A DNA stretch of 34,568 nt, taken from contig CALKOM010000178.1 of NCBI GenBank assembly GCA_938091905.1, forward strand, positions 1 to 34,568. The letters run 5' to 3'. The position numbers and the translations under genes were made by a program. The stretch is from an uncultured Verrucomicrobiales bacterium. GTDB lineage: Bacteria; Verrucomicrobiota; Verrucomicrobiia; Verrucomicrobiales; DEV007. Below are positions 18,730-28,338 of the stretch, one piece after another (the stretch's first letter is position 1; each line of letters starts with the position of its first letter). Under the pieces are notes generated by a model. It was given only the letters and a program-made list of their open reading frames with translations, searched no databases and had not been told where the DNA came from.

Positions 18730-19794
18730 GTGGAGTTTGAGTTCCTGCAACAAGCCCGAAGCTGCCGTTCCAAGCGTGCGGCGACGTGGAAGCGCTTCTG
18801 GCTGGCCTTCAGCTGCGGTGGACTACTGCTCATCGGCACCGTCTCGCTTATAAACGCGATCCGGGCGGGCAATTCGGTTCAAGTTGCGGGCCCAGTTTCA
18901 GCTCCGGCCGATTCTACCCCTCTCGAGACATTCGAGCCTCCTTCCTCTGACAAGCCTTTGCCGAATGTGCTGCATGAGCGCCCCAGCGACCGCCCGATTC
19001 CCAAGGCAGTGAATGAATTCCTTAGATCCGAGCAATCCCTGAATAGCCGACGGTTAGAAATCCTCCGTGATTATGAGATCGGCATCCGACAAGTAGATTT
19101 CTCGGCGCGCTGTTTGCCTCAGTGGGATTTCGGGAAAGCAGATCGCGGGATCATTTGGTTCTACCACTATCAGAGCGGCGCGACAGAAGCCGGAAAGCTC
19201 ATGACCTGCTTCGGAGCAGTAGACGGGCTGGGCAGCCCAATCTTCCAGTATCCTCCCGCAACCGGTGACCCCCTCACTCTTCTTGACAGCCAGTATGCCG
19301 CACTAAAATGGGTCGCTCTAGAGAAACCAGCGGTAGCTCTGATCGTCGGATCAAATGGCCCCTGGGAACGCAGTGGCACCGTAACTGACCTCTTTCTTGT
19401 CAATCAAGTCACCGGAAACAGATTCTGGCGATTCAAGAACAATGACTTTGAGGAGAGACCGCCCTGTTCGGCCCATCTCGTCGATTTTAGAGATGTCACA
19501 GGCGACGGCTACCGCGATCTCTGCTCTTTCTGGCTCAGTGGAACTGAAGACACCACAGAGCCATCTGGCAGAACCTATGCCTACGATCCAGCCGCGGAGA
19601 CTTTCACGAGCACAGCGATTCCCATCAAAGAGGCGTGGCTAGCGGCAATCCACGAAGATTTCCAGAGAATCCATGCCGGCGGGAACCTTGATCACCCATT
19701 CGTACTAGGCGCTCCTGCACAGGTACGCGTCTTCTTACCTGAGTCTGCCCAAGAACAAGAACCAAAACTTTTAGAGAATTCACCAGAATCGTAG
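18730..19794 (+). CDS. Membrane-anchored hypothetical protein with one FG-GAP-like Ca-binding motif
   Basis: N-terminal TM (FWLAFSCGGLLLIGTVSLI), a Pro-rich linker and a DVTGDGYRDL motif. Confidence 0.7.
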   Translation: MEFEFLQQARSCRSKRAATWKRFWLAFSCGGLLLIGTVSLINAIRAGNSVQVAGPVSAPADSTPLETFEPPSSDKPLPNVLHERPSDRPIPKAVNEFLRSEQSLNSRRLEILRDYEIGIRQVDFSARCLPQWDFGKADRGIIWFYHYQSGATEAGKLMTCFGAVDGLGSPIFQYPPATGDPLTLLDSQYAALKWVALEKPAVALIVGSNGPWERSGTVTDLFLVNQVTGNRFWRFKNNDFEERPPCSAHLVDFRDVTGDGYRDLCSFWLSGTEDTTEPSGRTYAYDPAAETFTSTAIPIKEAWLAAIHEDFQRIHAGGNLDHPFVLGAPAQVRVFLPESAQEQEPKLLENSPES

Positions 19795-19932
19795 GCACGA
19801 ACAATACTAACCTGACACATCATATCGATCACTCTCGAGACCGAGCCTACCAAAGACCTATTTGCTAAACGTTGTAAAAATTTGCCAGATCTTTACAAAC
19901 AGCGATCTGCCCTCTTCATTCCTTCCCCCCGC

Positions 19933-20745
19933 ATGCTACCGACCGCTCTACTGATCGCAGGCTTGGCTATCCTAGGCTACGCCTGCAGCACCTTCCAAGC
20001 GATCCTCATCTGAAAGATGGGTCTGGTGGCCTTCATGGGCGCGTCCTTCGTACTCTTCCACGCACTCTCAGGGAGTTGGATAGTTGGCTGTATTGGCATT
20101 TGCCCTATTGTTCTGTCTACCTTGGGTTGACCTTCTCATTAGAGTCCGACAGACGGACCTTTCTATCAAGAGGCTCCTGCGCCGTCGGATCCTCCCAGAA
20201 AACGAAGATCCGTTCCTAGCCGCATGCGCAGCCGAGATTCAGGAAGTGGGAACTTTCAAAGATACTAGCGATTGGGGCTATGAGTGGAACGGAGCCGAGC
20301 ATTTCTTCCGTCTCTACTACGTTGCCGAAGCAAGAACATAGACTGTTGTTTGTCTCACCGAAGACGAGCTTCACTCATGCCTACGTGAAGCTCGTTTCAC
20401 GAGCATCGAACGATCAGGTCTACACCACCTCGAACTATCCCTTCGCGGCGAGCCTTAAGCAAAGTCCAGATCACCGTCTCCATTGGGACCGAACTTCGGT
20501 CCCAATGGGATTCTTGGCTCTCACTTAGAGTTTCTCGAACGCATGGATATCTCTTCAGTCGAGATTGAAAAACAAGAGACAAGCAGTTTGCTGGAAATGC
20601 TACCCACAGATCAGCGGCGCCTCGTCGATCACAATCTTTCCCAAGGCGCACTCAAGCCATCAGCAAAGGTGTATGCCGCTATAACTGACTTGTTCTAGTC
20701 TTTCCCTGGACGCAACTCGTGGAGGACATGGTCCGCCTTCACTGA
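19933..20745 (+). pseudogene. Degraded gene for a membrane-anchored hypothetical protein
   Basis: Segments tile end to end across frames: MLPTALLIAGLAILGYACSTFQAILI*KMGLVAF...; LPWVDLLIRVRQ...FFRLYYVAEART*TVVCLTE; AYVKLVSRASNDQVYTTSNYPF...; SHLEFL...VDHNLSQG; CRYN*LVLVFPWTQLVEDMVRLH*. In-frame stops lie at 20011, 20339 and 20686, with about 4 frameshifts. Confidence 0.7.
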
Positions 20746-22418
20746 CCAACGTTTACTTCCAGCTTCGGAATCGCCTTTATCAAACGTTCTCCTCCAGCAC
20801 TCGTCGCTTTCGAGTTCCACAAGTAGAGCTTCTTTAGCCGCGAGAGACCCTTCAAGTGCTCGAGCCCATCGTTGCCAACATTCGTACCGTAGAGATTCAG
20901 AATTTCTAGTTCCATGAGCCCAGACACATGGATGAGAGCGTCGTCTCCTACCGTTGTGCGACTAAGCAAGAGTCTGCGCAGATTCTTGAGCTTGGCCACC
21001 GGTGCTAAGCCAGCATTCTTGATCTTTGTTTTGGACAGGTCAAGTGTGTGGATCTTGTCCGCAATGGGATCAAGAATAGAAAGGTCTAATTTCACTTCAG
21101 GATAATTGCGCGTAAGGCTACAATCAATCTCGTAAAGACCGCCGTCCAGGGGCTTGAATCCAATGTGCGCTTGCTTCAACGCTTCCATTACGGTTCCAGC
21201 GAGCTCGCCAGCACTAGCACCCTGTCTACCGAACTTTGCTTGGCGTGCCGCCACCGCTGCGCTGGCCACTTCTTGATCCCTGCCATCACCCATGGGCGCA
21301 CCTCCACGAATCCAGCGTTTAATCGCGCTGGTCTGTGCGCTCGTTAGTGGCTTCCCCTTAGCAGGCATGATATCAGGATCATCCCCAGGCAGAACAGTCG
21401 ATGTGTAAAAATAGCTCTTGTCCGGATCAAAAGCGATTATGACAGGACCGCTATTGCCGCCCTGACGGATCCATGCAGGCGAATCCAATCGGAGGCCGCC
21501 CTTTTGTTTCTCTTCGCCATGGCAGTCCAAACAACGGTCTCTTAGCATTGGAACAATACTCCCCTTGAACGTGGTGAGTGCTCCTGGATCGACCTTGGCC
21601 ACCATGGCAACCGGAGGAGATTTGGGCTGAGATTCTAGCCTTGGATCAGGCTCAAGCGTTGATTCCTCAGCTGACACAACCGAATCAGGAGTTGGAACGG
21701 GATCATTCTCAGCCATCTCCATCTCATTTGGCTCCTCCATGATTGCTCGCTCGGGCTCTTCTACATCCGGCTCAAGCGTTGCCGTGGAGAACGGCTCTAA
21801 TGTGGTCGTGGAATCTTGTGCCAACTCTCCAATAGAGAGAGGCGACTGACCTGCAGGATCAGAATCAACGTCGTCTTCCATCACCAGCAAATCACTCTCA
21901 GGAGTGGAGTTTCCTGCAGCTAGGCCCTGAAGATCAGGGCGAAGCCACGCCACCGCCACGCCACCTCCAACAGTAACCAATAGCGTCATGCTATATAGCA
22001 CAGGCCAAAGTCCTCCACCTGAGTTTCTGCGGCGTGTGCGAGCTCGAGCCGCAGCCAGAAGCTTCTGCAAATAACATTGCTGCTTCAGCATTGCCGCCAC
22101 TGCACATAACACCCCTAACAATACCCCTGTACCGGCAGCCTTCGCCGCGATCTGTTGACCGAGATTCGAAGCCTGAGAGAAGGTAAGAAAGGCACCCACA
22201 AAGAAGAGAGCACTACCCGACACTAACAGCACAACGACAGCCTTATCTAAATCAACGCCCTTACGCCCCCCCGAAAAGACCTCGATGATGACAACCGAGA
22301 GCAGCACGCCCAACGGCAGGAAGAGGCAAGCCTCAATCAAAGCTGCAGAATCCTTGACCACCATAGACGTGGCACCTATTAGGAGCATCAAGTCACCCAT
22401 CGCGGAAGCGTTAGGCAA
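20739..22418 (-). CDS. Membrane-anchored planctomycete-type cytochrome c domain protein with C-terminal LRRs
   Basis: About 4 N-terminal TMs, an acidic Pro-rich linker, CLDCHG...KGGLRLDS...MPAKG (heme CxxCH plus distal Met), and LRRs (LKNLRRLLLSRT, LEILNLYGT). Overlaps the DUF1501 gene by 8 bp. Confidence 0.85.
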   Translation of the reverse strand: MPNASAMGDLMLLIGATSMVVKDSAALIEACLFLPLGVLLSVVIIEVFSGGRKGVDLDKAVVVLLVSGSALFFVGAFLTFSQASNLGQQIAAKAAGTGVLLGVLCAVAAMLKQQCYLQKLLAAARARTRRRNSGGGLWPVLYSMTLLVTVGGGVAVAWLRPDLQGLAAGNSTPESDLLVMEDDVDSDPAGQSPLSIGELAQDSTTTLEPFSTATLEPDVEEPERAIMEEPNEMEMAENDPVPTPDSVVSAEESTLEPDPRLESQPKSPPVAMVAKVDPGALTTFKGSIVPMLRDRCLDCHGEEKQKGGLRLDSPAWIRQGGNSGPVIIAFDPDKSYFYTSTVLPGDDPDIMPAKGKPLTSAQTSAIKRWIRGGAPMGDGRDQEVASAAVAARQAKFGRQGASAGELAGTVMEALKQAHIGFKPLDGGLYEIDCSLTRNYPEVKLDLSILDPIADKIHTLDLSKTKIKNAGLAPVAKLKNLRRLLLSRTTVGDDALIHVSGLMELEILNLYGTNVGNDGLEHLKGLSRLKKLYLWNSKATSAGGERLIKAIPKLEVNVGQ

Positions 22419-23697
22419 GCAGATCTATCACTGGACGTCCTTTGTGCGCCACGGTGAATGGGCGCTTGGACGGCGAGTAGACCACTTCATCAAGCGGCAA
22501 GCCTAACGCATGCGCAATCGTCGCATTAAAATCGGGCACACTCACGCGTTGGTCTAGCACGTTGGAAGACGTCTCATCCGTCACACCATAGGCCTGACCA
22601 CCCTTGATTCCACCACCAGCAAGGACACCACTAAAGGCTTTAGGAAAGTGGTCGCGGCCATCGTTCTCATTAATTCGTGGTGTTCGCCCAAATTCAGTGG
22701 CAAGAACAACCAACGTCTCTTCGAGAAGACCACGACGCTCAAGATCGGAAATCAGAGTAGCCATCGCCTGATCCAGAACACCAGCGCGGCGAGACACCGA
22801 ATCGAAGTTGTTGTTGTGGGTATCCCAACCACCAAGAGACACTTCGACGAAGCGAACATCATTCTCAATGAGGCGACGGGCCAACAAGCAGCCCTGGCCA
22901 AACGAATTGTCTCCGTATTCATCACGAACATCTTTCGACTCTTTGTTAAGATCGAACGCCTTGAGATCCTCACTCTTCATTAGCCGAATCGCATCTTCGT
23001 ACATGTCCGTATAGGCCCGCACTTTCTTGTGATTGTAACGGCGGTGAAATTCTTCATCGAAGGCACTGGCCAAATCCAGGCGGTCTTTGAATTCCTTCTC
23101 TGACATCCCCTGGCGACGCTTGCTGTTCTTGAGACCATCATTCGGATTGTTGATCACAAGTGGTGCGAATTTAGATTCCAAGAAACCCGAACCGGAGCCA
23201 CGACTACTTCCACCAATCCTCACACTGGCAGGCAATGTGCTGTTTTTGCGCCCATCGAGTCGATGCATCCACGCTCCTAGACCAGGGTGCTGAATGGTGC
23301 CTCGGGGAGTGTAGCTCGAATGCATGAAATACTGGCCCTGCTCGTGAGCACCTTGCGTAGAGCTGAGCGAACGCACCAAGGCCATCTTATCCATCTGTCG
23401 AGCGAGGCTTGGCAAGTACTCACTAATCTTAATGCCATCCACATTCGTGTCGATCGCCTGGACAGGCCCTTGCTCATCCGCTCCGGGCTTTGGATCAAAC
23501 GTATCCATGTGGCTCATGCCACCAGACATGTAGAGGTAGATCACCTTGTTTGCCTTCGCACTAGGATTGCGCGTCTGCGCAAACAAACTTGTCGGTGCCA
23601 AGGAAGGCATCAAGCTGACGCCGAGGAGGCCCCCGGCAGTTTGTGAAAGGAAGCCGCGACGGCTAAGTTCGTCCGAGCGATTGATGATGGATTTCAT
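22411..23697 (-). CDS. DUF1501 domain protein with Tat signal
   Basis: SRRGFL twin-arginine motif, LYMSGGMSHMDTFDPKP, FGQGCLLARRL, GWDTH and EFGRTP. Confidence 0.93.
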   Translation of the reverse strand: MKSIINRSDELSRRGFLSQTAGGLLGVSLMPSLAPTSLFAQTRNPSAKANKVIYLYMSGGMSHMDTFDPKPGADEQGPVQAIDTNVDGIKISEYLPSLARQMDKMALVRSLSSTQGAHEQGQYFMHSSYTPRGTIQHPGLGAWMHRLDGRKNSTLPASVRIGGSSRGSGSGFLESKFAPLVINNPNDGLKNSKRRQGMSEKEFKDRLDLASAFDEEFHRRYNHKKVRAYTDMYEDAIRLMKSEDLKAFDLNKESKDVRDEYGDNSFGQGCLLARRLIENDVRFVEVSLGGWDTHNNNFDSVSRRAGVLDQAMATLISDLERRGLLEETLVVLATEFGRTPRINENDGRDHFPKAFSGVLAGGGIKGGQAYGVTDETSSNVLDQRVSVPDFNATIAHALGLPLDEVVYSPSKRPFTVAHKGRPVIDLLA

Positions 23698-23748
23698 AGT
23701 AAAGTGAGAGTTAGGGGAACAGGTTTAACTATTTGATTGCGGAATGAT

Positions 23749-25824
23749 TTACTGGATGAAAAGGAGCTCTTTCGTATTCAGGAGAGACCAAATGATCGTC
23801 TTGCAGGCGTCTTTTGAATCATCGGCAGCAGAGAACTGCTTGCTCATAATCTCGCGCTCTCGCTCGCTTGGCTCTCGCGTCAGCAAGCTCATAAAGATGT
23901 AATCCTGCTTCTCATCATCTCCGTATAGCTGATCAATACCCTTCATCAGAAGGCTCTTCGAACTCACGAGTTGATCGAAAACCTCCCCGTTGAGCAGGTT
24001 GAGCACTTGGGCCACAGAAGCCTCAATCTCCGCCGCTGAAATCGTCTCACGATCAGACTGCCCAAACTGTCTCAGGAAGTGACCAGAAGGCGCGGGGGAA
24101 CGTACCTCAGATGCTCTGACGTAATCGCCATCGTATCCTTTCCAACGTGGATCCTTGGAAATCTTCGCACTCCCTTTCACCTCACCCATCTTCATCATGC
24201 TCATCGACGCACCCTTCATGGTGTTACTCACATAGGTAGCCTCAAAGGCTTGTCGAATTCCATCCACTTTCTCATCACGCACTTTGGAAGCCGCGCGCAT
24301 CTCCTTGTTGACCTCCTTTGCAAGACTATCATTACCTTCTTCTCGAGCTTTGGCAACTCGCTTGCGCAAGCCACTTGATGCTTGATCATGGTCATATTCG
24401 ACTTTGGCGATTTCCTTGGCCACATTCAGAATCTGCTGTGGCTGCTTCTTCATAGACTCCAATCCCTCAGCCTGCTCTTTCATCTTTTCATACCGCTTGC
24501 GATACTTAGAACCACCCTCGCGTTCGTCCACCGCCGGAATCGTCACAGCCAATAGCGAGTCCCAGATCTGTTCGGCAGACATGCGACGAAGTGCAGGCCC
24601 AGGGAAATGGTAATCGTCTAGATTAATATCATCCGTCGTCGACTGGCGCTGATAGGTCCGCGTGTTGTAGAGAATCCCAAGAAAGCGACGCATGTCGTAG
24701 TCGATATTGACCATCTCTCTCTCCAAATAGGCAAACAAGTCTGGATTACTCGCCACAGTGTCGTCTTTAAAATCATCCACTGGCTCAACCAACCCAACCC
24801 CCATGACTTCCTTCCATAGGCGATTGACGATGATCTTTGTAAAACGAGGATTATCTATCCCTGTGAGCCAGTCTGCATACGAAGTCAGCTTCTTGCTATT
24901 CCTCCCCGTGACTCGCTTACCAAAGATGGTGCTGGCTTTGACTGTCTCTCTAGGATCAGCATCATCATACTGATAGTCATCCGGAAGCTTTAGCATCTTC
25001 TCCTCATCGTGAACAACACGATAGCTTAGCGGCTCTAACAGATCACGGAGCGCACTGCGAATGTGACGATTCATCTCTCTGTTGCGATCACGTTTCGCAC
25101 CACGCTTCTCCAGCTTGGCCATCCTGCCATCCACATTGACCACCTTCTCGGGATTCACTCGTGTCTGCATGCCGTAGGTGTAAGCAGCCATCTCATAGTA
25201 ATCTTTCTGCTTCCACTTATCGAAAGGATGATTGTGGCACTGAGCACATACTAACTGAGTACCTAGAAAGATTTGCGTGGTATTGGACATATTGTCCAGA
25301 GGCATCCCAGCGTCACGCATGTAATAACCCACTGCACCATTGTCCCAAACATAGCCTTCGGCAGTGACCAAATCTCTAACCATTTGGCGATAAGACTTGT
25401 TTTGCCGAAGGGTATCCTTAACCCAGTCCGAGTAGGCTGCTCCCGCATCGCCCTCAATGCTTGATTTCACCCGCAGAATATCGGCCCAGTAGTTGAACCA
25501 ATGACTAACATAACCTTCAGACCTCAACAAGTAATTGATGAGTTGGCCCCGCTTGCTCGGGGAATCTGCACTGAGAAACTTCTGGGACTCCTGAAACGTT
25601 GGGACCCGTCCAATAATATCCAAATAGGATCGACGCACGAAAGTATGGTCGGAGGTCGGGGCGTTGGGTTTGATTCCGTGCTTGCGATAATTCTTAGTGA
25701 CTAACTCATCAATCCTCTGACTGATCGCACGATCATCAGCAAAAGAAGCGCCAGAGAGGAGGGTAAACGTGGAAGCCGTTAGACAGAGAAGACGACGGAC
25801 GAGGGCAGGAGTTCCGATGACCAT
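23749..25824 (-). CDS. DUF1549/DUF1553 domain protein
   Basis: FVRRSYLDIIGRVP, WADIL, CAQCHNHPFD, IVNRLWKEVMGVGLVEPVDDF, RRMSAEQIWDS and WSLLNTKELLF. Confidence 0.92.
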   Translation of the reverse strand: MVIGTPALVRRLLCLTASTFTLLSGASFADDRAISQRIDELVTKNYRKHGIKPNAPTSDHTFVRRSYLDIIGRVPTFQESQKFLSADSPSKRGQLINYLLRSEGYVSHWFNYWADILRVKSSIEGDAGAAYSDWVKDTLRQNKSYRQMVRDLVTAEGYVWDNGAVGYYMRDAGMPLDNMSNTTQIFLGTQLVCAQCHNHPFDKWKQKDYYEMAAYTYGMQTRVNPEKVVNVDGRMAKLEKRGAKRDRNREMNRHIRSALRDLLEPLSYRVVHDEEKMLKLPDDYQYDDADPRETVKASTIFGKRVTGRNSKKLTSYADWLTGIDNPRFTKIIVNRLWKEVMGVGLVEPVDDFKDDTVASNPDLFAYLEREMVNIDYDMRRFLGILYNTRTYQRQSTTDDINLDDYHFPGPALRRMSAEQIWDSLLAVTIPAVDEREGGSKYRKRYEKMKEQAEGLESMKKQPQQILNVAKEIAKVEYDHDQASSGLRKRVAKAREEGNDSLAKEVNKEMRAASKVRDEKVDGIRQAFEATYVSNTMKGASMSMMKMGEVKGSAKISKDPRWKGYDGDYVRASEVRSPAPSGHFLRQFGQSDRETISAAEIEASVAQVLNLLNGEVFDQLVSSKSLLMKGIDQLYGDDEKQDYIFMSLLTREPSEREREIMSKQFSAADDSKDACKTIIWSLLNTKELLFIQ

Positions 25825-26045
25825 AAATGTGAGTTTGGGAGAACGCCTTCCGTGGAGACACGAAAAGTGTTTGAGTTCGTAGAAATTACTCTACGAAACG
25901 GATTCCGCAACCATCCATGGGCCCAAGGGATGACCAAACTCAACTTAACCCATTGACCAGAAAAGAGTTATAAAAATTGCACCAGCCACAAGGGAAATTC
26001 CCGACAAATCCGGGATTATCCGCAGATGAGAAGAAACTGTAAAGC

Positions 26046-26804
26046 CTAAGAGGCCACTTTGAGGCGGAGCCAGAAGGTCGTCGTACCATCGACACTGCGC
26101 ACCCCAAGATCCATGTCAAGCTGGCCGGCCAGCACGTAAGCAGTGCTCAGTCCTATTCCCAGATGGGTGCTGTCTTTCGTGGTGTAGAATGGCTGGAAGA
26201 TTTCAAGAAGCTTCTCCTCAGGGATCTCAGATCCTGTGTTTCTCACGAAAACATCGACACAATCGGATTTGCTCCCTGGCACCTGGCCAGGCGCGAGGAC
26301 GTCCACCGCGATATCCCCTCGAGTGCCGACCGCCTCAACCGCGTTGGTCACAAGCCGGTCTAATATCATTCGAAGTTTGCCCTGATCCGTCAAAATCACC
26401 GGCAAATCCTGACCAACATTCGACTCGAACGGGATGCTAGATTTCTCGACTTGGCTGCGTAGACGATTGATCAGCATGGGAACAAATTCCGCCAATTTCA
26501 GCTCCGCCAGATCTACTCGAGAACACCCACCAGCAGGAAGGATCTGCTCACCAAGATCGGAGGCACTGCCTGCCGCATCCTTCATGTGTTTGAGGTTTTC
26601 TTGAGACATCTCATCGAGCCCGTCTTGCATGAGGACGAGGCTCGAAAAACCTTGAACGACCGCCAATAGATTGTTCAGTTTGTGCGTCAGCCCACGCAGT
26701 AGAGCGTTGTGATGTTGCGCTGTTGGGCTGCTTTGATCCACCAGCTTTTCAGGGAAGGTGAATCCAGCATCCTTGCGAATTTCTGTAAGTTCTACGACCG
26801 ACAC
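26046..26804 (-). CDS. Histidine kinase (HisKA + HATPase) lacking a sensor domain
   Basis: H box LTHKLNNLL, N box LVTNAVEA, F box IFQPFYTTK and G2 HLGIGL. G1 is atypical (NTGSEI). Confidence 0.85.
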   Translation of the reverse strand: MSVVELTEIRKDAGFTFPEKLVDQSSPTAQHHNALLRGLTHKLNNLLAVVQGFSSLVLMQDGLDEMSQENLKHMKDAAGSASDLGEQILPAGGCSRVDLAELKLAEFVPMLINRLRSQVEKSSIPFESNVGQDLPVILTDQGKLRMILDRLVTNAVEAVGTRGDIAVDVLAPGQVPGSKSDCVDVFVRNTGSEIPEEKLLEIFQPFYTTKDSTHLGIGLSTAYVLAGQLDMDLGVRSVDGTTTFWLRLKVAS

Positions 26805-26902
26805 GGTGACGTAGATAAGGAACCAGGGAGAGCAATGTCCAGAAAAGAAGTTAAGTTTCTCTTATTTGCAAGATTGGTTAATTACGCAAACACGTTTAAA
26901 AT

Positions 26903-28300
26903 ATGAAAAATCTGAAAAACAGAAATTCGCATGGCTGGATGGAAGGACTGGAGCTTCTTTTGCCAGGGAATCTAGTCAGAACAGATCCGGCAACTATAGA
27001 GGCACATTCTCAGGATCGCTGGCATGCAGCAGAGGCTCCATCTTGCGTCGTGCTGGCAAAATCCACAAGCGATGTCCAGAAAACGTTGCAGTTTGCCCAC
27101 TTACACGAAATCCCGGTGACTGCTCGAGGGGCCGGGGTGGGCTATGTCGGAGGATGTGTCCCAATTCAGCGTGGCATCGCCCTATCACTTGCCGAGATGA
27201 ACTCTATTAAAGAGATCCACGTCGAAGATGGGGTCGCCATCGTTGAGCCCGGCGTGATCACCAATGACTTGCAACAAGCCGTTCTGGAAAAGGGGCTCTT
27301 CTACCCTCCCGATCCTGCTAGCCTGAAAGAGTGCTCGCTCGGGGGAAACGTGGCAACCAACGCAGGAGGGCCAAGGTGTGTTAAATACGGGGTCACACGT
27401 CAATACATCCTTGGGCTGGAAGTCGTTCTTGCCGATGGACAGGTCCTCCAGTGTGGAAGCCGCTGCCACAAGAACAAGACGGGTTTCGATCTCGTGGGTA
27501 TGTTTGTCGGTTCTGAGGGAATGCTCGGAATCGTTACTGAGGTTACTCTCCGGCTGCTGCCCAATCCTCCAGCTCGTGCCATGATCTCATGCTCGTTCCG
27601 TGAATTTCATGAGGCAGCGAACGCTGTGCAGCGTGTTCTGGGCGCTGGTCATTTGCCTTCGGCACTGGAGATCAGCGATAAATTCACACTCCAAGCCGCT
27701 CGCGAACACGTGGGCCGGGAGTTGATTCCAGATGGCGATGCACATCTCTTACTAGAGATCGATGGTCAAGAGTCGAGCGTGCAGTCCGAGTGTGCTCAGC
27801 TGGAGAAACTACTGGATGAACTCAATGTCGTCACATTGGCGAGCGCCGTCACCGAGGAGGAGTGCGAGCGCATTTGGGAAATTCGCCGAGCCTTCTCTTA
27901 CAGTCTGCGAGCCACCGGCCTCACGAAACTGAACGAAGACATCGTCGTCCCACGGGGACGTCTGGTTGATCTCGCTAAGTTCTCGGAACAGCTCCAGGAA
28001 GAAACAGGCTATAGCATTGCATCCTTTGGACACGCGGGTGATGGCAATATCCATGTGAACATCATGGTGCCCCCCATGGAGAATGAATCAAATCTCAAGC
28101 AAGTTGATGAAGCCCTGGATCGACTCTTCACCCAGATCCTTGCATGGGGAGGCGTCGTCTCAGGAGAGCACGGCATTGGCCTTGCCAAGAAGCGCTGGTT
28201 TAGCCAAGCCGTCTCACCGGTGGCCATGCAAGTCCATCAAACCATGAAACAAGCGCTCGATCCAAAGGGCATCCTCAACCCAGGGAAGTTTCTTGGTTAA
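26903..28300 (+). CDS. FAD-linked oxidase, GlcD / D-lactate dehydrogenase family
   Basis: ARGAGVG, YPPDPAS, GGNVATNAGG, GSEGMLG, GHAGDGNIH, SGEHGIG and DPKGILNPGK. The start may be a downstream Met. Confidence 0.93.
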   Translation: MKNLKNRNSHGWMEGLELLLPGNLVRTDPATIEAHSQDRWHAAEAPSCVVLAKSTSDVQKTLQFAHLHEIPVTARGAGVGYVGGCVPIQRGIALSLAEMNSIKEIHVEDGVAIVEPGVITNDLQQAVLEKGLFYPPDPASLKECSLGGNVATNAGGPRCVKYGVTRQYILGLEVVLADGQVLQCGSRCHKNKTGFDLVGMFVGSEGMLGIVTEVTLRLLPNPPARAMISCSFREFHEAANAVQRVLGAGHLPSALEISDKFTLQAAREHVGRELIPDGDAHLLLEIDGQESSVQSECAQLEKLLDELNVVTLASAVTEEECERIWEIRRAFSYSLRATGLTKLNEDIVVPRGRLVDLAKFSEQLQEETGYSIASFGHAGDGNIHVNIMVPPMENESNLKQVDEALDRLFTQILAWGGVVSGEHGIGLAKKRWFSQAVSPVAMQVHQTMKQALDPKGILNPGKFLG

Positions 28301-28338
28301 TATTTCAGAACAATCGGACATTTGCCTCCCGACTGAAA

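Noticed and set aside
20011..20013. Selenocysteine at the pseudogene TGAs (20011, 20686)
   Set aside because: They are not in a redox or Cys-motif context and are accompanied by a TAG and several frameshifts, which indicates decay.
25999..26015. Intrinsic terminator after the histidine kinase (TCCCG-N7-CGGGA)
   Set aside because: Only a 5-bp stem and a weak U-tract, too little to call.
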